Shown one piece after another: positions 26,427 through 39,183 of a stretch of DNA of 64,000 nt. A model generated the notes under the pieces. That model saw only the letters and a list, made by a program, of their open reading frames with translations, did no database searches and had not been told where the DNA came from. A program made the position numbers and the translations under genes. The stretch is from Schmidtea nova (lineage: Eukaryota): assembly GCA_044892505.1 (NCBI GenBank), contig CM097883.1, forward strand, positions 152,582,001-152,646,000, in the 5' to 3' direction. The stretch's first letter is position 1. The number at the start of each line of letters is the position of its first letter.

Positions 26427-29400
26427 CAAGGGTCTTCAATATCTTTTAATCTAGTCCAAGAAAATTAGTTTAATGCCGATTTTGAATTCTTCAAACAATT
26501 TAAATCCAATTTAGTTTTATAATTTATTAACCTGAAAAAACAACAATTTTACATAAATCGTTCTTAATCTGATCACTGGTGTAAGTCTTCAGGTAAGTAA
26601 AATAAATGTCCTAAATCTCTTCTAGAAATATCGAGATTGCTTTCTTGTTTTCATTTTCATCCTAGGGTCCAAACAAGCTTTGCTAGTTCTACAAGTGTAC
26701 AATATTGTCTCTGATATAGTTAATGAATAAGCAAAAATGGTTTCAAATAAACTTTTTATATAACGGTTCATTGAGGTTAATTCAATAGGATATTAATTTA
26801 CTGTGAATGGAGTTATTAATTATACTTTAAATACAAAGCACATGGAATAATTTTAAATATGCACTTTAGTGTACGCAGCTTATTTTTTATTATTTTTATA
26901 GACCACAATATAAAATCATTCAATGATAATAGAGAAGAATAAAATAAAATGAGGAAGTCCTGAAACATTACTATAAGAGACAAGTTTTTGCTTACTTTGA
27001 ATACTTAAAATATTGAATAACAATAAATTATTTTTTAGTAATTAATATTATGAAATTAGGGATTCTTTAGATAAGATTATTATAATGAACCGTATCGAAG
27101 GCAGTCTTCAGGCGTATTAAGATAATTTTAAATATTACTGCTTCTAGTGCACATTTTGAATTGTTTTTAGGAAATAAAACATTATTGGCCTAAAATTTCA
27201 TCCAGCTTTTTCTGAATGGGCGTCAACTGAAGGGGGCCCGAAAAAGTGCCTAACGTAAATATACGCAAATGAAAATAAAAAAATATTTTTATAGATATAA
27301 ATATGTGTATTGAAAAATTGCGTAGGAGAAAGCACTCATTCGTTTTTCGTTTGTTTGTCCATGTTCTCTATGCCTCTAGCTCTCTTTCTCTCTACAAATG
27401 TGATTTTGTATTTGAAAAAAAGAAATGCAGAATAGTAGCATGTGTTGTAATTAACCTATCGTGGGGGAGGGGCGCAAGATCGGTGTTTGCCATAGGCGCC
27501 TTTTACCCTAGGTACGCCTCTGCCTGTATCTTAATTATCCAAAATGTTGGCCAGACTATTGAAACTAATTTAAAATTTAAAGAAAAATATACTATAGTAT
27601 GACTTTTAAATTTACTAGATAAATTACACTATATGATGATTATTAAATACACAACACGATTATTTTTTAAAATATTTTTTATTCATTTTTATAATCTCCC
27701 GAATGATATATATTTTATTGTAATTATAAAGAAGACCAAAAAGTTCAGCTATGAAATATACTAGCAATTCTCGGTCTAGAGAACAATCTCCACAGGTGAT
27801 CTTGGCTAACAAATATCGAAATTTGGAGTCATCCGCTGAAGCTAGCGGTGCAGACAGTAGATCAAGTACACCTCCTATGAATAGACCGATAACAAAAGCC
27901 TATCGAGTGATTGAACAAGAAGTGACTGACGATGACATGGCAGAAATTATATTCAATGATTTATTATTAACTGGGAATTTCGACGTAAGAATCAATTCAT
28001 TATATTCATTAATAGAATATTTAATTTAGTTTATAAGGGCACCTTGATTTTGATCATTTGTCTATATTTGTTAAATCAAATAAATTTCATAATAATATCT
28101 TCTGAGTATTTTAATAAATTCGAAATTATATCCTGAGCAATATCATCATTCAATTTATATACTACAAACACATTCGAATATTTAAATATTATAAATGCAT
28201 TTTACAACACCTTGAAAATATTCTCCTGCTTTTAAGAGTAGTAGGATGTGTCCCCGTCATATATAGGTCAACCCCCCACCCCCTAGAAAATTTTTTATGT
28301 AGGTCATTTTAAGGTCAAATTTTTCGCTTAAGGTGAATTTAAGGTCATATTTTTGGTTTTAGGACACTTTTAGGACAAAAAAGTAGAGCTAGGGCGATTT
28401 AAGGACACTTTAGGGTCATTTTAAAGGAGAATTTAAGGTCAAATAAAGTAGGTCATATATTTAAGGACAATTTAAGGTTAAATAAAGTAGGTCATATATC
28501 TAAATATTTAATTTTAAGTAAAATTAGGTACTTTTTGTATGAAAATTAGATATTATTTAAATTAAATTAAGTAGGTCATATATGAAAATATTTTTGAATA
28601 AAGTAGGTCATATATGAAAGTCGTATTATTTAATTTAAAATAAGTAGGTCATATATGAGAAATTAAATATTTATTATCAAATAAAGTAGGTCATATATGA
28701 AATATTTTTATTTAATTTAAAATAAAGTAGGTCATATATGAAAATCTTATTATTTAATTTAAATTAAGTTGGTCATATATGAAAATATTTTTAAATAAAG
28801 TAGGTCATATATGAAAGTCGTATTATTTAATTTAAATAATATCTAATTTTCATACAAAAGTACCTTATTTTAGTTTAAATTCAATATTTAAATATATGAC
28901 CTACTTAATTTCATATATGACCTACTTAATTTAATTTAAATAATATCTAATTTTCGTATAAAAAGTACCTAATTTTACTTTAAATTAAATATTTAAATAT
29001 ATGACCTACTTTATTTGACCTTAAATTCACCTTTAAAAATGACCCTAATGTGTCCTTAAATCGACCTAGATCTACTTTTTTGTCCTTAAAGTGCCCTAAA
29101 ACCATAAATTTGACCTTAAAGTGTCATAAAACCACAAATTTGACCTTAAATTCACCTTAAGCGAAAAATTTGACCTTAAAATGACCTACATAAAAAAAAT
29201 TTTTTTCTAAGGGGGGGATGGGGGGTTGACCTATATATGACGGGGACACATCCTACTACTTTTAAGCAATTATGTATTTCAAGATTTTATTTATAAAAAC
29301 TGTAATTTTTATTATATAAAATATAATTATATAATTTTTTATTTACGTTTTTATAACAAAGCTTCGATAATGTAGTTCCCCTATTTCCCTTGAACAATCA

Positions 29401-32400
29401 TATCTATTATACTTTCCGTTACAATTTTTCCCATTAAAAAATTTTATATTTTAGATATTATACGAGGTGTATGAAAAGTAACTACCGAATTTTTTAATTT
29501 AATTTTTTAAACATCCAAATTAAAACTGAAAGATTTAAGATTTAAAACAGTTTTTGTCATCTACATTTTAATTGTTTAATCCTGCGAACCTTTTGTGTAA
29601 AGGTGTAGAGACAGCTTATTGCATTTCAAATTCAAAATCAAGAGCGAAATATAATAGTTTTTCTTTAATATTTCTGAAAAATTCTCTCTTGGCTGTAGTT
29701 ATAAAACTGTGTTCCTTCTCCGCCATAATTTTCATTAGATAAACAGTTAAGTCTCCTGTTAAAACAATTCCAATAATAGCATGAGGTAAAGAATATACAT
29801 CGTAAATAGGAACTACATGGGCCACACCATCTCCGGGATATAAAAAAATTAACATAGCTTGAACAAAAGAGACACATATAGTTAAAGCATTGGAAGTTTC
29901 AAATATGGGAAGAGTCTTCTTTTCTCTGTTGGCATTTGGACTGAAAGGAGCTGTAATCAACGATAATATGCGTTCGAGAACTACTCTCAATTTATTGTAT
30001 AAGAATGATGCCGGATCTTTTCCATATTATCCCAGTCTGTAACGATATTGTATTCGATTGGTTATTTCAAAATAAGAATACCTCTCTTCAAGTGATCTTC
30101 ATCAATGGAATAATTATCTTTCTGTCCCATACCAACTATAACACCTTGATAACGAGGTCGGTAAACGATAGAGGGGAACACGACCCATCGAGCATCATCT
30201 TTAATAAAACTGGCTTTCCACATGCCAAATTCATTGCAATTAATGATTCATTTTATGATTTGATTTGAAAATAAAATTTTATTGTCCTGGAAAACTGAGA
30301 AGATAAAAATAAAAAAGCGATTCCAGAAAATATTTATAGTTTCAAAACAACTCTTTTTTTTCTAAAATTTTAAAAACAATTAAATACAATTCAAATTCCA
30401 CACTCCACACTCAAAACCCAAATACCAAATACCAAAAAACCAATTGAAAAAAGATAAACAACAACTTTATTAACTCATTAAGTTATAAAATAACAATAAA
30501 ATCTAAAAGATTTTATTTTAATTCAAATATTTATTTTTGGATTGAGCACTAATTAACAAAGAATAAATACATCTACAGCTGTATAGGTTAACTAAACCAT
30601 TTAAATGAGAAGTTAATTCAAATATTTCAAGAAAAGATTGATCTGATTTGAGTATTCAAAGTTTAATACATTTTGATTCTTTCAGTATAATCCGTTCATG
30701 TAGCTGATGGAGCAATTTTTTTACGATTTTGTTTATTTTCATTCTTTAATTAATAAATCAAAATGTTTTTAATTTAACAAAGAATATTAGCAGTCTTTTT
30801 CAAGTGTTATTTTCATTTTGATCTATAGTTTGTGTAAGAAGAATAAATAGCAATAATTTTGATAAAATCTTTCCAATATAAATAGGCTATACACCAAATT
30901 TGCGTGTACAGTACATGTATTATCATATATCATTGGGATAAAAAATAAATAATTGTATTTACACAACATAAGAAATCAAATATCTCATTACAATTACTTT
31001 ACAGTTTTCATGAATGAAAATGAAAAAAATCACAAATAAAATATTCCAAGACGAAGAAAATAAAATATTATAATTATCAAATCACAAGCTTTCAAATATT
31101 AGAATATTTATAAATAAATGTTGTAATTTATAATTATTATTATCATTTTATTATGCCAGACCAAAAAATGGTTAACGTTGCGCAAGGTACAGCCAGTCAT
31201 TGAAAAGTGGATCGATGATATGCTGGAAAAAGATGCTTCATGTCGTCGTCAAATCGGCGATAGTTTCAATAGATTATTAATAGATAAAAAAATCACTAGT
31301 GAGCAAATTGTTGAAGGGTTAGTGTGATATAGTAATTTTTCATCAAATTTGAAAAATTAAATCTTCAGTACTCAAGTGTTTGTATCATCCATTGACGATT
31401 TAATTTGTGATATTCCTAAACTCTGGGAATTTTTCGCTCAGTTTCTAGAAAGATTTATTTATGACAAAAATTCAAATATCACATTTTTCGAGAATATATT
31501 CAAATCAATTTTACCAAATAACGACGTGGCCTTATGTTTATCCACAGCTCTGCATGAGGCTAGTTCAAGATTGGGACATAAAATCGTTGGTCAAGTGTTC
31601 CATAAATCATTGAAATGGGAAAGAATTGTGCCAAATCACTGGGAAACGTTTTTAAAAGATAATAACTTAGAATTCACTGTAGATTTGCCGGGATTATCTC
31701 TGTGTGGTGGAGATCCATTGAATTTTATTGCTGAAGAATTGGATGACATGCTATCAAACAATTTATCGAATGAAAAGATTTTCGAGTTTCTAGAATCGCA
31801 TGTCGATAAGCCGACTTGGAAAAAAAGCGAATGTACGAAAACAATTACTAGTTCCATATTAAAAGCATTAAGAAGTTAATAGCAAATTTTCATTTAATTT
31901 TGTTTAGATTTGGTTTTTAGAAATACCAGAAACTTTAGTTCCAGAATATTTGAAAAACAAAAAAGAAATTATTAAAAGAATTTCAAATCACAAGCTGGAA
32001 AACGAAATTGAAATTTTGAAATCCGTTTTAAATATCGCTTCTGAATTAAATAAAGGTAATCACTGCACAATTGGATATATTCTATTTTTCTTAATTCAAT
32101 TAAAATCTAATGAATTTGATAATTGATCTATTATACAACATTTATTCTCTCATTAACGTATTTTATTTTTACCTTTGATATTTTCTGTTCTATTTTGGAA
32201 ATTTTCGTTTTTAGAGACTAGATCAAATTTTTTAAAAGTACACGAATTTTATTTTTTCAAGCGTGTAAAAATACACACTTAAAAACATTTTGTCGGAAAT
32301 TCGTGTATTTTAAAAAGAAATTTAATTTAGTCTATAAATTATTTTATATATTTATTCTATTTTCATCATTTGAAGTAATATGATACACGATTTTTCCAAT

Positions 32401-35400
32401 AACAAAAATCTTAGAAAAATCCTGAAAAATCGACAAAGATACTTAAAAATCGATAAAAGAAAAACGTACTAAGCGAGGGATGGGTGTATTTCATTATTGC
32501 AGAAATTTTCATTTTATATGAAAATTAGCTAACAAATATTTTTTAAGTACATGAATTTGGTCTTTATTTATAAAAAGGGAAATTTCTGAACTAAAATAGA
32601 ATTTTGTTTAATAATACTCAAGTAATTTTTAATATGATTAGAAATTAAATGCAATAGCATCTAGATTATTTGGCCTAAAACTTTGGTCTAAAAACTACTA
32701 TTGGGTTGTCCGGAATGAAATGTACGAATAATATATTATAATTTTAAATCATCATAACTTTTATATATACAGTAGTTGCGATATTTAGGGCACAAAAATA
32801 GACCGTAAATGTTAAATTTTTAAAGCATTTATCTTGTAAGAAAAGAATTTCACTATTAAAATTTTGTATGATGTCAAAAAGAATAAAATAAATTTATATA
32901 TCGTTTATTTTTTATTTTTTAAAAGCAATATTTTCGAGCAATTCTGCAATTTATAATAAAAATTTAGGGCATGTTAAAAATTTAAGGCATTATTTTACTT
33001 AAATTTAATATTTACCTATAAAAAATCAATTTTGGTTAAAAATTTAAGGAAATCTTCATTATGAACTTAAATAAGAAAAAAAGAAAAACTTACACCAAAA
33101 GAATAAAATGTGAAATTGCCAAAGCATATAAAAAGGATAAAAAGGCTTTGTGTAACATCGAAAAAGAATTTATGTATCACAAAAGGTTATTAGAACAGCA
33201 ATCAAATCTTCGGAGGAGCTTTTAAACCTGGAAAGTGATGATCCAACATTGGATACTTTTAATTTATGTAAAGCTCTAGAAATAAAGCTATTGAACATTG
33301 ATCAATACATGCTTAATGGTATCAGGCAGATTAGAAATGCAGGTGGCAATGTTTTAATGGGGAACTTAATATCATTGTCAAAAAAATATAAATCAATAAC
33401 ACCATCTTGCCGTGTGAACATCACACCATACTTTATAAGAGGTTTTAAAAAGCAATATAATGTGGTATTTAAATCCCTTTGCGGAGAGGCAAAATCTGCT
33501 ATGGCAGACAAGATTCATGACTTTTTTGATGAATTTGAAGCTATAAAGAAATCTTATGATGAAAAAGATATTTACAATTTAGATGAGACTGGTCTATATA
33601 TCAAGAACTTTGGTAGAAGAAGTTACATTCTGAGGTATGAAGATGATAGAAAAAGTATAAAAACCGATAAAACAAGAATTACTCTTTTATTGTGTTTTAA
33701 TAAATACGGCGATGAGATTACGCCATTAATCATAGGAAAAAGCAAAAACACCAGGGCTTTTAAAAACGAGAAACCAGATAATTACAACCTCAAATATGCT
33801 GACAACACATCTTCGTGGCTTACCAAAGATCAAACAGGATAGAAAAATCCTAATATTATGCGATAATTTTAAAGGTCACGAGGTTGGTGTATTTTCGAAC
33901 GTGAAACTGTTATTTTTGCCACCTAATACTACATCGATCTTACAACGTCTAGATCTAGGCATAATTAACGATATCAAGTCTAAGTATTCTGAATATGTCA
34001 ATAACTTTGTTACAAATATGATAATTGATAATAGTGCGGATATAAAATCTTGTTTTAGTGCTTTGACATTGCTATCAATAAGGTTCTTCCCAGGACGTAT
34101 TTGAATTGTCGGGAAAAGTTTGAAAAAATGAAAGAGAAGCTTCAGAATGCAGATTTAGAAAAAGACGAAAATGAAGTTTTGTTTGATACTTTAATTGATC
34201 CAGACTGTGTGGTGAAAGTTGATCCTATTTATGATGAATCCTTATTTTGTCTCGATGAAATCATTTGCGAAGTTTTGTTTGAGTCTTTAATTGATCCAGA
34301 CTGTGTGGTGAAAGATGATCCTATTTATGATGAATCCTTATTTTGTCTCGATGAAATCATTCACGATATATCGGAAGCATCTAGGATTGAATCTGTAAAT
34401 TACCATTTAAAAAACTGGATAATTTGTTGCATTTTGAAGAAATTGATGTTAGAAAGTCGTACACTGAGTTTAAAAGTAAGTACTATGAAAGTAGATCCAG
34501 AAGATCTACGGTGACTTACATTATCGATTAAAGGCTATTTGTAATTTTTATAGCTATATCTTTATAAAATGTTTAAAGAATTTTATCATAAAAAACTAAA
34601 TTTATTTTTTCCTTATAAATAATTATTTTAGTATTGGAATTCGGTTTAAAGCATCTTTTAACTGGATGTAATTATATTTTTTTCGATCAAAACTGTATAT
34701 TAAAAACTGCGCAGTGCTGTATTCAATTATAAAGAAACCAACAGATTTTTATAGCGAATATCGCGCAAAATGTTCATGCTTCATTTTTATAATCAATTAA
34801 TAAAATTTTTTATATGTAATTAGAATTTATTCTGTGAATTGTCTTACCGCAATTCATGTTAATGAATTACACCTTTTAAAGTAAAAAAATCGTATATACA
34901 TAAATAATAATAATTTTAAATAATGATTTAATGTAATTTTAAACAAAATATTTTTTTTCGAAATTTAGGGCAAATAAGATTTTTAGGACATATTTGTGCC
35001 CTAAATTTCACACACTACTGTATAAGTATTTCTTTATTTTAAAGTTCATTAGAAAGCGCTTATTTCAAATTCAAATATTAAGTAAGATTTATAATAATTT
35101 AATTACTATAAATTTCATTTTCAATTAGAAATCATGATTTGAGACTTTTTTATTTATATGAGGGGAAATCGAAGAACAATTCAGGTGAGGTGGAGAGGAA
35201 TATTAATAATGCTTTTGGGAGCGATATAGTTAATGAAAGAACTATTAGGCGTTGGTTTAAAAATGTGATGACGGAGAAATTGATCTCGAAAATATGCCTC
35301 ATGGTAGGCCCAATATCAAGTGGTAGGAGGAAGATTTACGTGAATCTGTTGCTCAAAATTCAACAAAATTTGTTCGAGAACTTGCTATAGGTCTGTCTGT

Positions 35401-38400
35401 CTCAAAAACAACAGTTCATGACAATTTAAAGACAATCAGTATAGTCTAAAAGCCTAAAAAAGGGCCCCACGTGAATTGACTGGATTGCAGAAATTAAACA
35501 GATTACAAACTTGCTTAGCTCTTCAAGCACGACATCGAAGGTCATCTTTTCTTAATAATATTATTACCTATGATGAAATATGGATTCAATATGATAATTG
35601 TAAGCGGACAGTTTCCAAAATAGGAACTTCACCAAAAGAAAGTCATGCTTTCAGTCTGTTGTAATACATTATTGATTTCTGAAAATGGGTACAGCAATCA
35701 ATTCTGAACGATACTGTGCAGAATTAGGTAAAATGCATGAAAAACTCACCATTATTGTCACCATGCAATTGTTATATGGAAAATATCTAATTATCCTGCA
35801 TGATTACGCTAGGCCTCACGTATTGAAAGTCATTGTAAAAAATACACGACTTAAGATTTGAAGTTTTACCACATCCGCCTTACTCACCTGATCTATCACC
35901 ATCTGATTCCTACTTATTTAGACATTTAAGTCTTTATATCAAAAGCAGGAGGTTCAAAGATTAGTAGGAGATAAAATTTACAGTTATCACTTGGACTGCA
36001 GACATGAGACATTTTTAAAGAAGATATAGAAAAGCTCCCGCAACGATGGGAAGAGTGTAATAATGTTGATGACTTATATTTGTACGTCGTTTGAATTATA
36101 AACCATTTAGCGAGCATTTCATTCAGGACAACCGAATATAATACATTGTTTTTCTATTTGTTAGGAGAAACTAGATTAATTACAATTAACTAAATTAATA
36201 AATATTAATAAAATTAACCAATTATGTAATAATATGTCAAAATCGTAGTTTCAAGGTTAGAGGTTATTTATGATGCTTGAAAGTTGGTATGCATGTGTGT
36301 ACACAGGTAATTCGTATCAATGAAGAGTAAACCAACTAACTGCTTTTTTAAATGCTATACAATTAAGTGATTTTTTGTCTTAAAAATATATTTTTGTATC
36401 TATGTCTCTTTTCAGCAATATGCTCGAAAATATTTTAGCAAATGTAAAGTTACTCCAAAAAAATTTTTTAAATATTAATAGAGTGAACAAAATAATTCTG
36501 AAAATTTACAAAAATATCTTTTATATTAATTGTTGTTAAAATTACTTTGATTGTTTGTTTAATTATTTATTATTCTTCGGAGACATTACTGTCATTTTAT
36601 ACATACAACCCCGGTGAAAAGTAACCGTGAATTGAAGGAAAAATTAATTTAGGTATACTTACAACATAAATAAATTCCCCTAAGTCTATTATCTCAATGT
36701 AAACATTCTTCGGAGACATTACTGTCATTTTATACATACAACCCCGGTGAAAAGTAACCGTGAATTGAAGGAAAAATTAATTTAGGTATACTTACAACAT
36801 AAATAAATTCCCCTAAGTCTATTATCTCAATGTAAACATTTGAAGACGTACTAATACTCATACTTCTGTGATCAAAATGTTTCCTGAAAACACGTCTTTT
36901 AATAGTAGCTTGCATTATATTAACAAGCATCTATCAATTATATGTTTTCACTGTTATATCCCAAATAATACATTTAGGTAGTTGATTGAAATCATTTAAA
37001 ATTAATATTTTTTTTACCGATTTTTATAATAAATTGCAAATTTTATCAATTTTTTTGGCAAAACATATTTTATTGATCAAGCTTCGAATTCTCTAGATCA
37101 GGGGTTTTTGTTTATAATGATTGTCATGTTCTGATGCTCAAAACAACGCAAGAATTATGGAAAGTTAAGACTGAACTATCACATTTCAAACCTATATTTT
37201 AACTAGTAAATCAAAAAAAAATTCTTTTTTCAAATCCATGCTTTATGCGAGCAGAACTCCACTTGGCTGAGAAATTTTTTTTGCAATTTATATTACATTT
37301 ACACGCAAAATTTCTCTGAAGACACCAACACATTTACCTCTCGTCCATTGTTAAATGTATGGGGAAATTCAAATTGTTATTTAGTTAACTTAATTAACTT
37401 TTTTGGTCAAATTTATCAATTTCCATGTATTGTCACCGGAAGTGAGCAAGTGTGCAAAATTTGAAGTGAATCGGTTGAGAGAAAAGCACTAAAAATTGAT
37501 TTGTAATTATGTGGCACACACATATATATAGAAAGCATCTTTATATAAAGCATGGAAAAAGGGGTTATAAAAAGTGTGTAACTCTACAAGAAAACAAGGT
37601 TGTTTTAATTAAGCTTTTCCTTTTGTTTTCTTATTAGTGTGGGTTGATATGAAATAATTTATAACCAATAAAACCGGGTCAGATAGTGAAGGATATTGAA
37701 CCTTAGAGAGGACAATAAATGAGTTTCAAAAAAGATTTTTAAAATATATAAAGAGTGGGAAGAGTAACGAATAATAATAAAATAAATAAAAGATTTAACA
37801 TTTTAAAATTAAACCTGAGAGGAGCGCCTCCAATGTCAAGCATGAGACCGGGTATAGCATATATGATTATTGATATCAATGTAAAATACGTGTCAATACG
37901 GTGAGTTGTGCTGATGCGGCCTACTTTGCATAGAACAGATAACAATGCGGCACTCCTTTAAAAAAGTTTGACCATTTATGCGCTAGATGAAGTACCCTGT
38001 AATTTTTTTCTATTTCCAAAGTTCAAATTGCAACTTTGTGGCTATCGTTTTCATTCGACTGAAATATAACAGAAAAGTCTAAGTTCTCATTATTTTTTCT
38101 CATTTTTGTAAATGACGTTTCATTTGGTGTTTCACTGTTGTGAGGCAAATTATAAAACTCAATATGGTTTCTAAATTTTTATTTATTCACTGTAATATAA
38201 CAAACATAAAACATTACAAATCTTTTTTACACAACATTATTCCAAACTGCAAACTATTGCCCTTTTCATATTAATCTTTATTTTTAAAGTAAATTATATT
38301 ATTTTTAAATAAATTTATAATAATCAAATTTAATACAAAATCTCATTTGGCTATAATTCTTGAAATCGCAAAACATTAGTATGACTGAAATTTAGTAAAA

Positions 38401-39183
38401 ATTTTAATAAAACAACTTTTTAATAAGATTAGTTTGTATTTTTTATTTATATCAATTCCGGAAAATTTGATTTCACTCACATCCCATTTTAGCGCATCCC
38501 TCAAGAGTTTCAGACTTCAAAACATTTATGGATTGTTTAAGTTAAGAGCTAATTACCTTTCTTAAATTTATCTTTCATTATCTTCTGGGTTTCGAGGTAT
38601 TTCTCTCATTGGGGATATTGACATTTTAATTCTACTTTCTGTCTAGATTTTAACCCTTGCTCAGTAAACACGCGTTTGACTCCTGTAAACTTAAATCTGC
38701 TTTGTGAAACAATCACGAGTCTGGCTTGTATTATTTTTGTTTATTTTTCACTTTAATATTTAATAAATAAATTTTGATTTAATAGTCATTTCATGCACAT
38801 AGTTTATTTAAATAAGTAAAACTAGAAGGGGTTAAACTGAATTTCGGAAAATTTTATAGGAAACATATCTTTACAGATATCAGTTTAAAAATATGCCTAT
38901 ATCAAATGAAAATAATATCTTTGAATTATTTCCAATTTACATATGACATAGTATCTAATTGTGTTTCCATAACAATAAATATTAGCTATTCATATTATTT
39001 TAATTCATATTATCATTTTCAGATACATTAACCCGTATTTATGATTTGTTGTTCACAGAAAATATTGTATCTCATCAAGCACTCACAATGTATTGTGATA
39101 ATGAATCATTAAAATCAGAAAGTAATTTCAAATTGACTAATTCACTTTTGTCTAACATTTTGTTCGTGAATGATAAACCGTAG
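11288..39183 (+). CDS. eIF4G: Eukaryotic translation initiation factor 4G (multi-exon gene)
   Basis: Exons inferred from GT-AG sites and frame continuity: 11288-12185, 12239-12313, 15253-15555, 15598-15732, 17765-17901, 17952-18373, 18419-gap, 27732-27984, 31160-31317, 31369-31874, 31921-32055, 39023-39183. YxxxxLphi motif, MIF4G, MA3 and W2 appear in the expected order. The 5' start and the part in or after the 18575-18755 gap are uncertain. Confidence 0.9.
12239..12313 (+). CDS. eIF4G: eIF4G small exon
   Basis: 53-bp intron 12186-12238, then 25 open codons [12 protein letters not shown]...KKQ and a GTAATT donor. Confidence 0.6.
12940..14420 (+). mobile_element. Degenerate CMC/Chapaev3-type DNA transposon in an eIF4G intron
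   Basis: Fragments [57 protein letters not shown]...YQDRWD and YCWTL. Confidence 0.75.
15253..15732 (+). CDS. eIF4G: eIF4G MIF4G exons (15253-15555, 15598-15732)
   Basis: [16 protein letters not shown]...LINEIFIK | [15 protein letters not shown]...[10 protein letters not shown]; 42-bp intron. Confidence 0.9.
15898..16230 (+). mobile_element. hAT-type MITE fragment
   Basis: Begins CAAAGCTTCTTAAACTATGGGTCGCGGCCC; GGGGTCAC subterminal motif near 16209; right end decayed. Confidence 0.45.
17765..18574 (+). CDS. eIF4G: eIF4G MIF4G C-terminal exons (17765-17901, 17952-18373, 18419-gap)
   Basis: KYFGNIR|FIGELF...[13 protein letters not shown]...[17 protein letters not shown]...PKTIEE; then [15 protein letters not shown]; introns of 50 and 45 bp. 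Confidence 0.9.
18945..19595 (+). mobile_element. Internally deleted Helitron with an STPR-like repeat ORF
   Basis: ORF 19199-19546 has QETxExRxxRL repeats typical of RepHel N-termini; hairpin GCCTGTTGTA-TCAAG-TACAACGGGC (19560-19584) followed by CTAG|T at 19592-19596; 5' TC end tentative. Confidence 0.75.
19590..20400 (-). pseudogene. Unidentified decayed coding sequence
   Basis: 196-codon ORF 19668-20258 continues in frame through single stops on both sides ([21 protein letters not shown]; [14 protein letters not shown]); no family recognised. Confidence 0.4.
20413..23606 (+). mobile_element. Degenerate Ty3/Gypsy element (CsRN1-like): partial LTR, gag C-terminus, pol, PPT
   Basis: [20 protein letters not shown] gag motif near 20665; protease FLVDSG; [13 protein letters not shown] and [13 protein letters not shown]; RNaseH and integrase fragments with frameshifts; YEGPYKL near 23210; PPT AAAGGGGAAAG at 23596-23606. 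Confidence 0.9.
23615..23631 (+). promoter_or_regulatory. Primer-binding site (tRNA-Leu CAA type)
   Basis: TGGTGTCAGAAGTGGGA is complementary to the 3' end of eukaryotic tRNA-Leu(CAA), as recalled. Confidence 0.8.
23655..24839 (+). mobile_element. Solo LTR (~1.18 kb)
   Basis: TGTTAGGG...CTTAACA termini; 4-bp TSD ATAG at 23651-23654 and 24840-24843; AATAAA and (TA)n inside. Confidence 0.85.
24888..25415 (-). mobile_element. LTR copy inverted relative to the 20413 LTR fragment
   Basis: 25255-25415 is the reverse complement of 20413-20580; 24900-25070 resembles 44640-44800. Confidence 0.7.
26362..26423. repeat. (TA)n microsatellite
   Basis: About 30 TA units; other tracts near 22385-22412 and 24683-24745. 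Confidence 0.95.
27732..27984 (+). CDS. eIF4G: eIF4G linker / MA3-start exon
   Basis: S/R-rich linker SRSREQSP...SRSSTPP, then [15 protein letters not shown] and a GTAAGA donor at 27985. Confidence 0.7.
28237..29260. mobile_element. Non-autonomous Polinton/Maverick-type element (1024 bp, nearly all TIR)
   Basis: AGTAGTAGG...CCTACTACT termini, ~330-bp TIRs, tandem AAGTAGGTCATATATG units, 6-bp TSD TTTAAG at 28231-28236 and 29261-29266. Confidence 0.85.
29461..29615 (+). mobile_element. Mariner-like terminal fragment
   Basis: TACGAGGTGTATGAAAAGTAA resembles mariner TIRs; no ORF. Confidence 0.35.
29616..30260 (-). pseudogene. Processed, 3'-truncated actin pseudogene
   Basis: Intronless GMWKAS...[22 protein letters not shown]...[11 protein letters not shown]...WDNMEKI, frameshift, then [13 protein letters not shown]...[11 protein letters not shown]...[12 protein letters not shown]. 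Confidence 0.92.
31160..32055 (+). CDS. eIF4G: eIF4G MA3 and W2 exons (31160-31317, 31369-31874, 31921-32055)
   Basis: [13 protein letters not shown]...G|[24 protein letters not shown] (MA3); [11 protein letters not shown]...EIEILKSVL (W2/HEAT3); introns of 51 and 46 bp keep the frame. Confidence 0.85.
32701..36136 (+). mobile_element. Degenerate mariner element carrying a nested pogo
   Basis: TIRs TTGGGTTGTCCGGAATGAAAT / ATTTCATTCAGGACAACCGAA with TA on both sides; remnants [20 protein letters not shown] and [13 protein letters not shown] at 35130-36090. Confidence 0.88.
32770..35020 (+). mobile_element. pogo/Tigger-family transposon (disabled transposase 33061-34514)
   Basis: TIRs CAGTAG...ATTTAGGGCACAAA with TA TSD; motifs [45 protein letters not shown]; internal 96-bp duplication at 34173 and 34269. 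Confidence 0.92.
36572..36840. repeat. 2 x 133-bp tandem duplication
   Basis: ATTCTTCGGAGACATTAC at 36572 and 36705; units appear identical. Confidence 0.95.
39023..39183 (+). CDS. eIF4G: eIF4G terminal exon (W2 end)
   Basis: Acceptor TTTTCAG; phase-compatible [21 protein letters not shown]...KP-TAG resembles the W2 FFDALYDEDVV region. Confidence 0.7.

Noticed and set aside
27220-27522. hAT-like MITE ending GTACGCCTCTG
   Set aside because: Left TIR and TSD could not be matched, so it was not listed as a feature.
37690-38720. GC-richer patches that might be exons or TE fragments
   Set aside because: No sustained ORF or recognisable motif in any frame examined.
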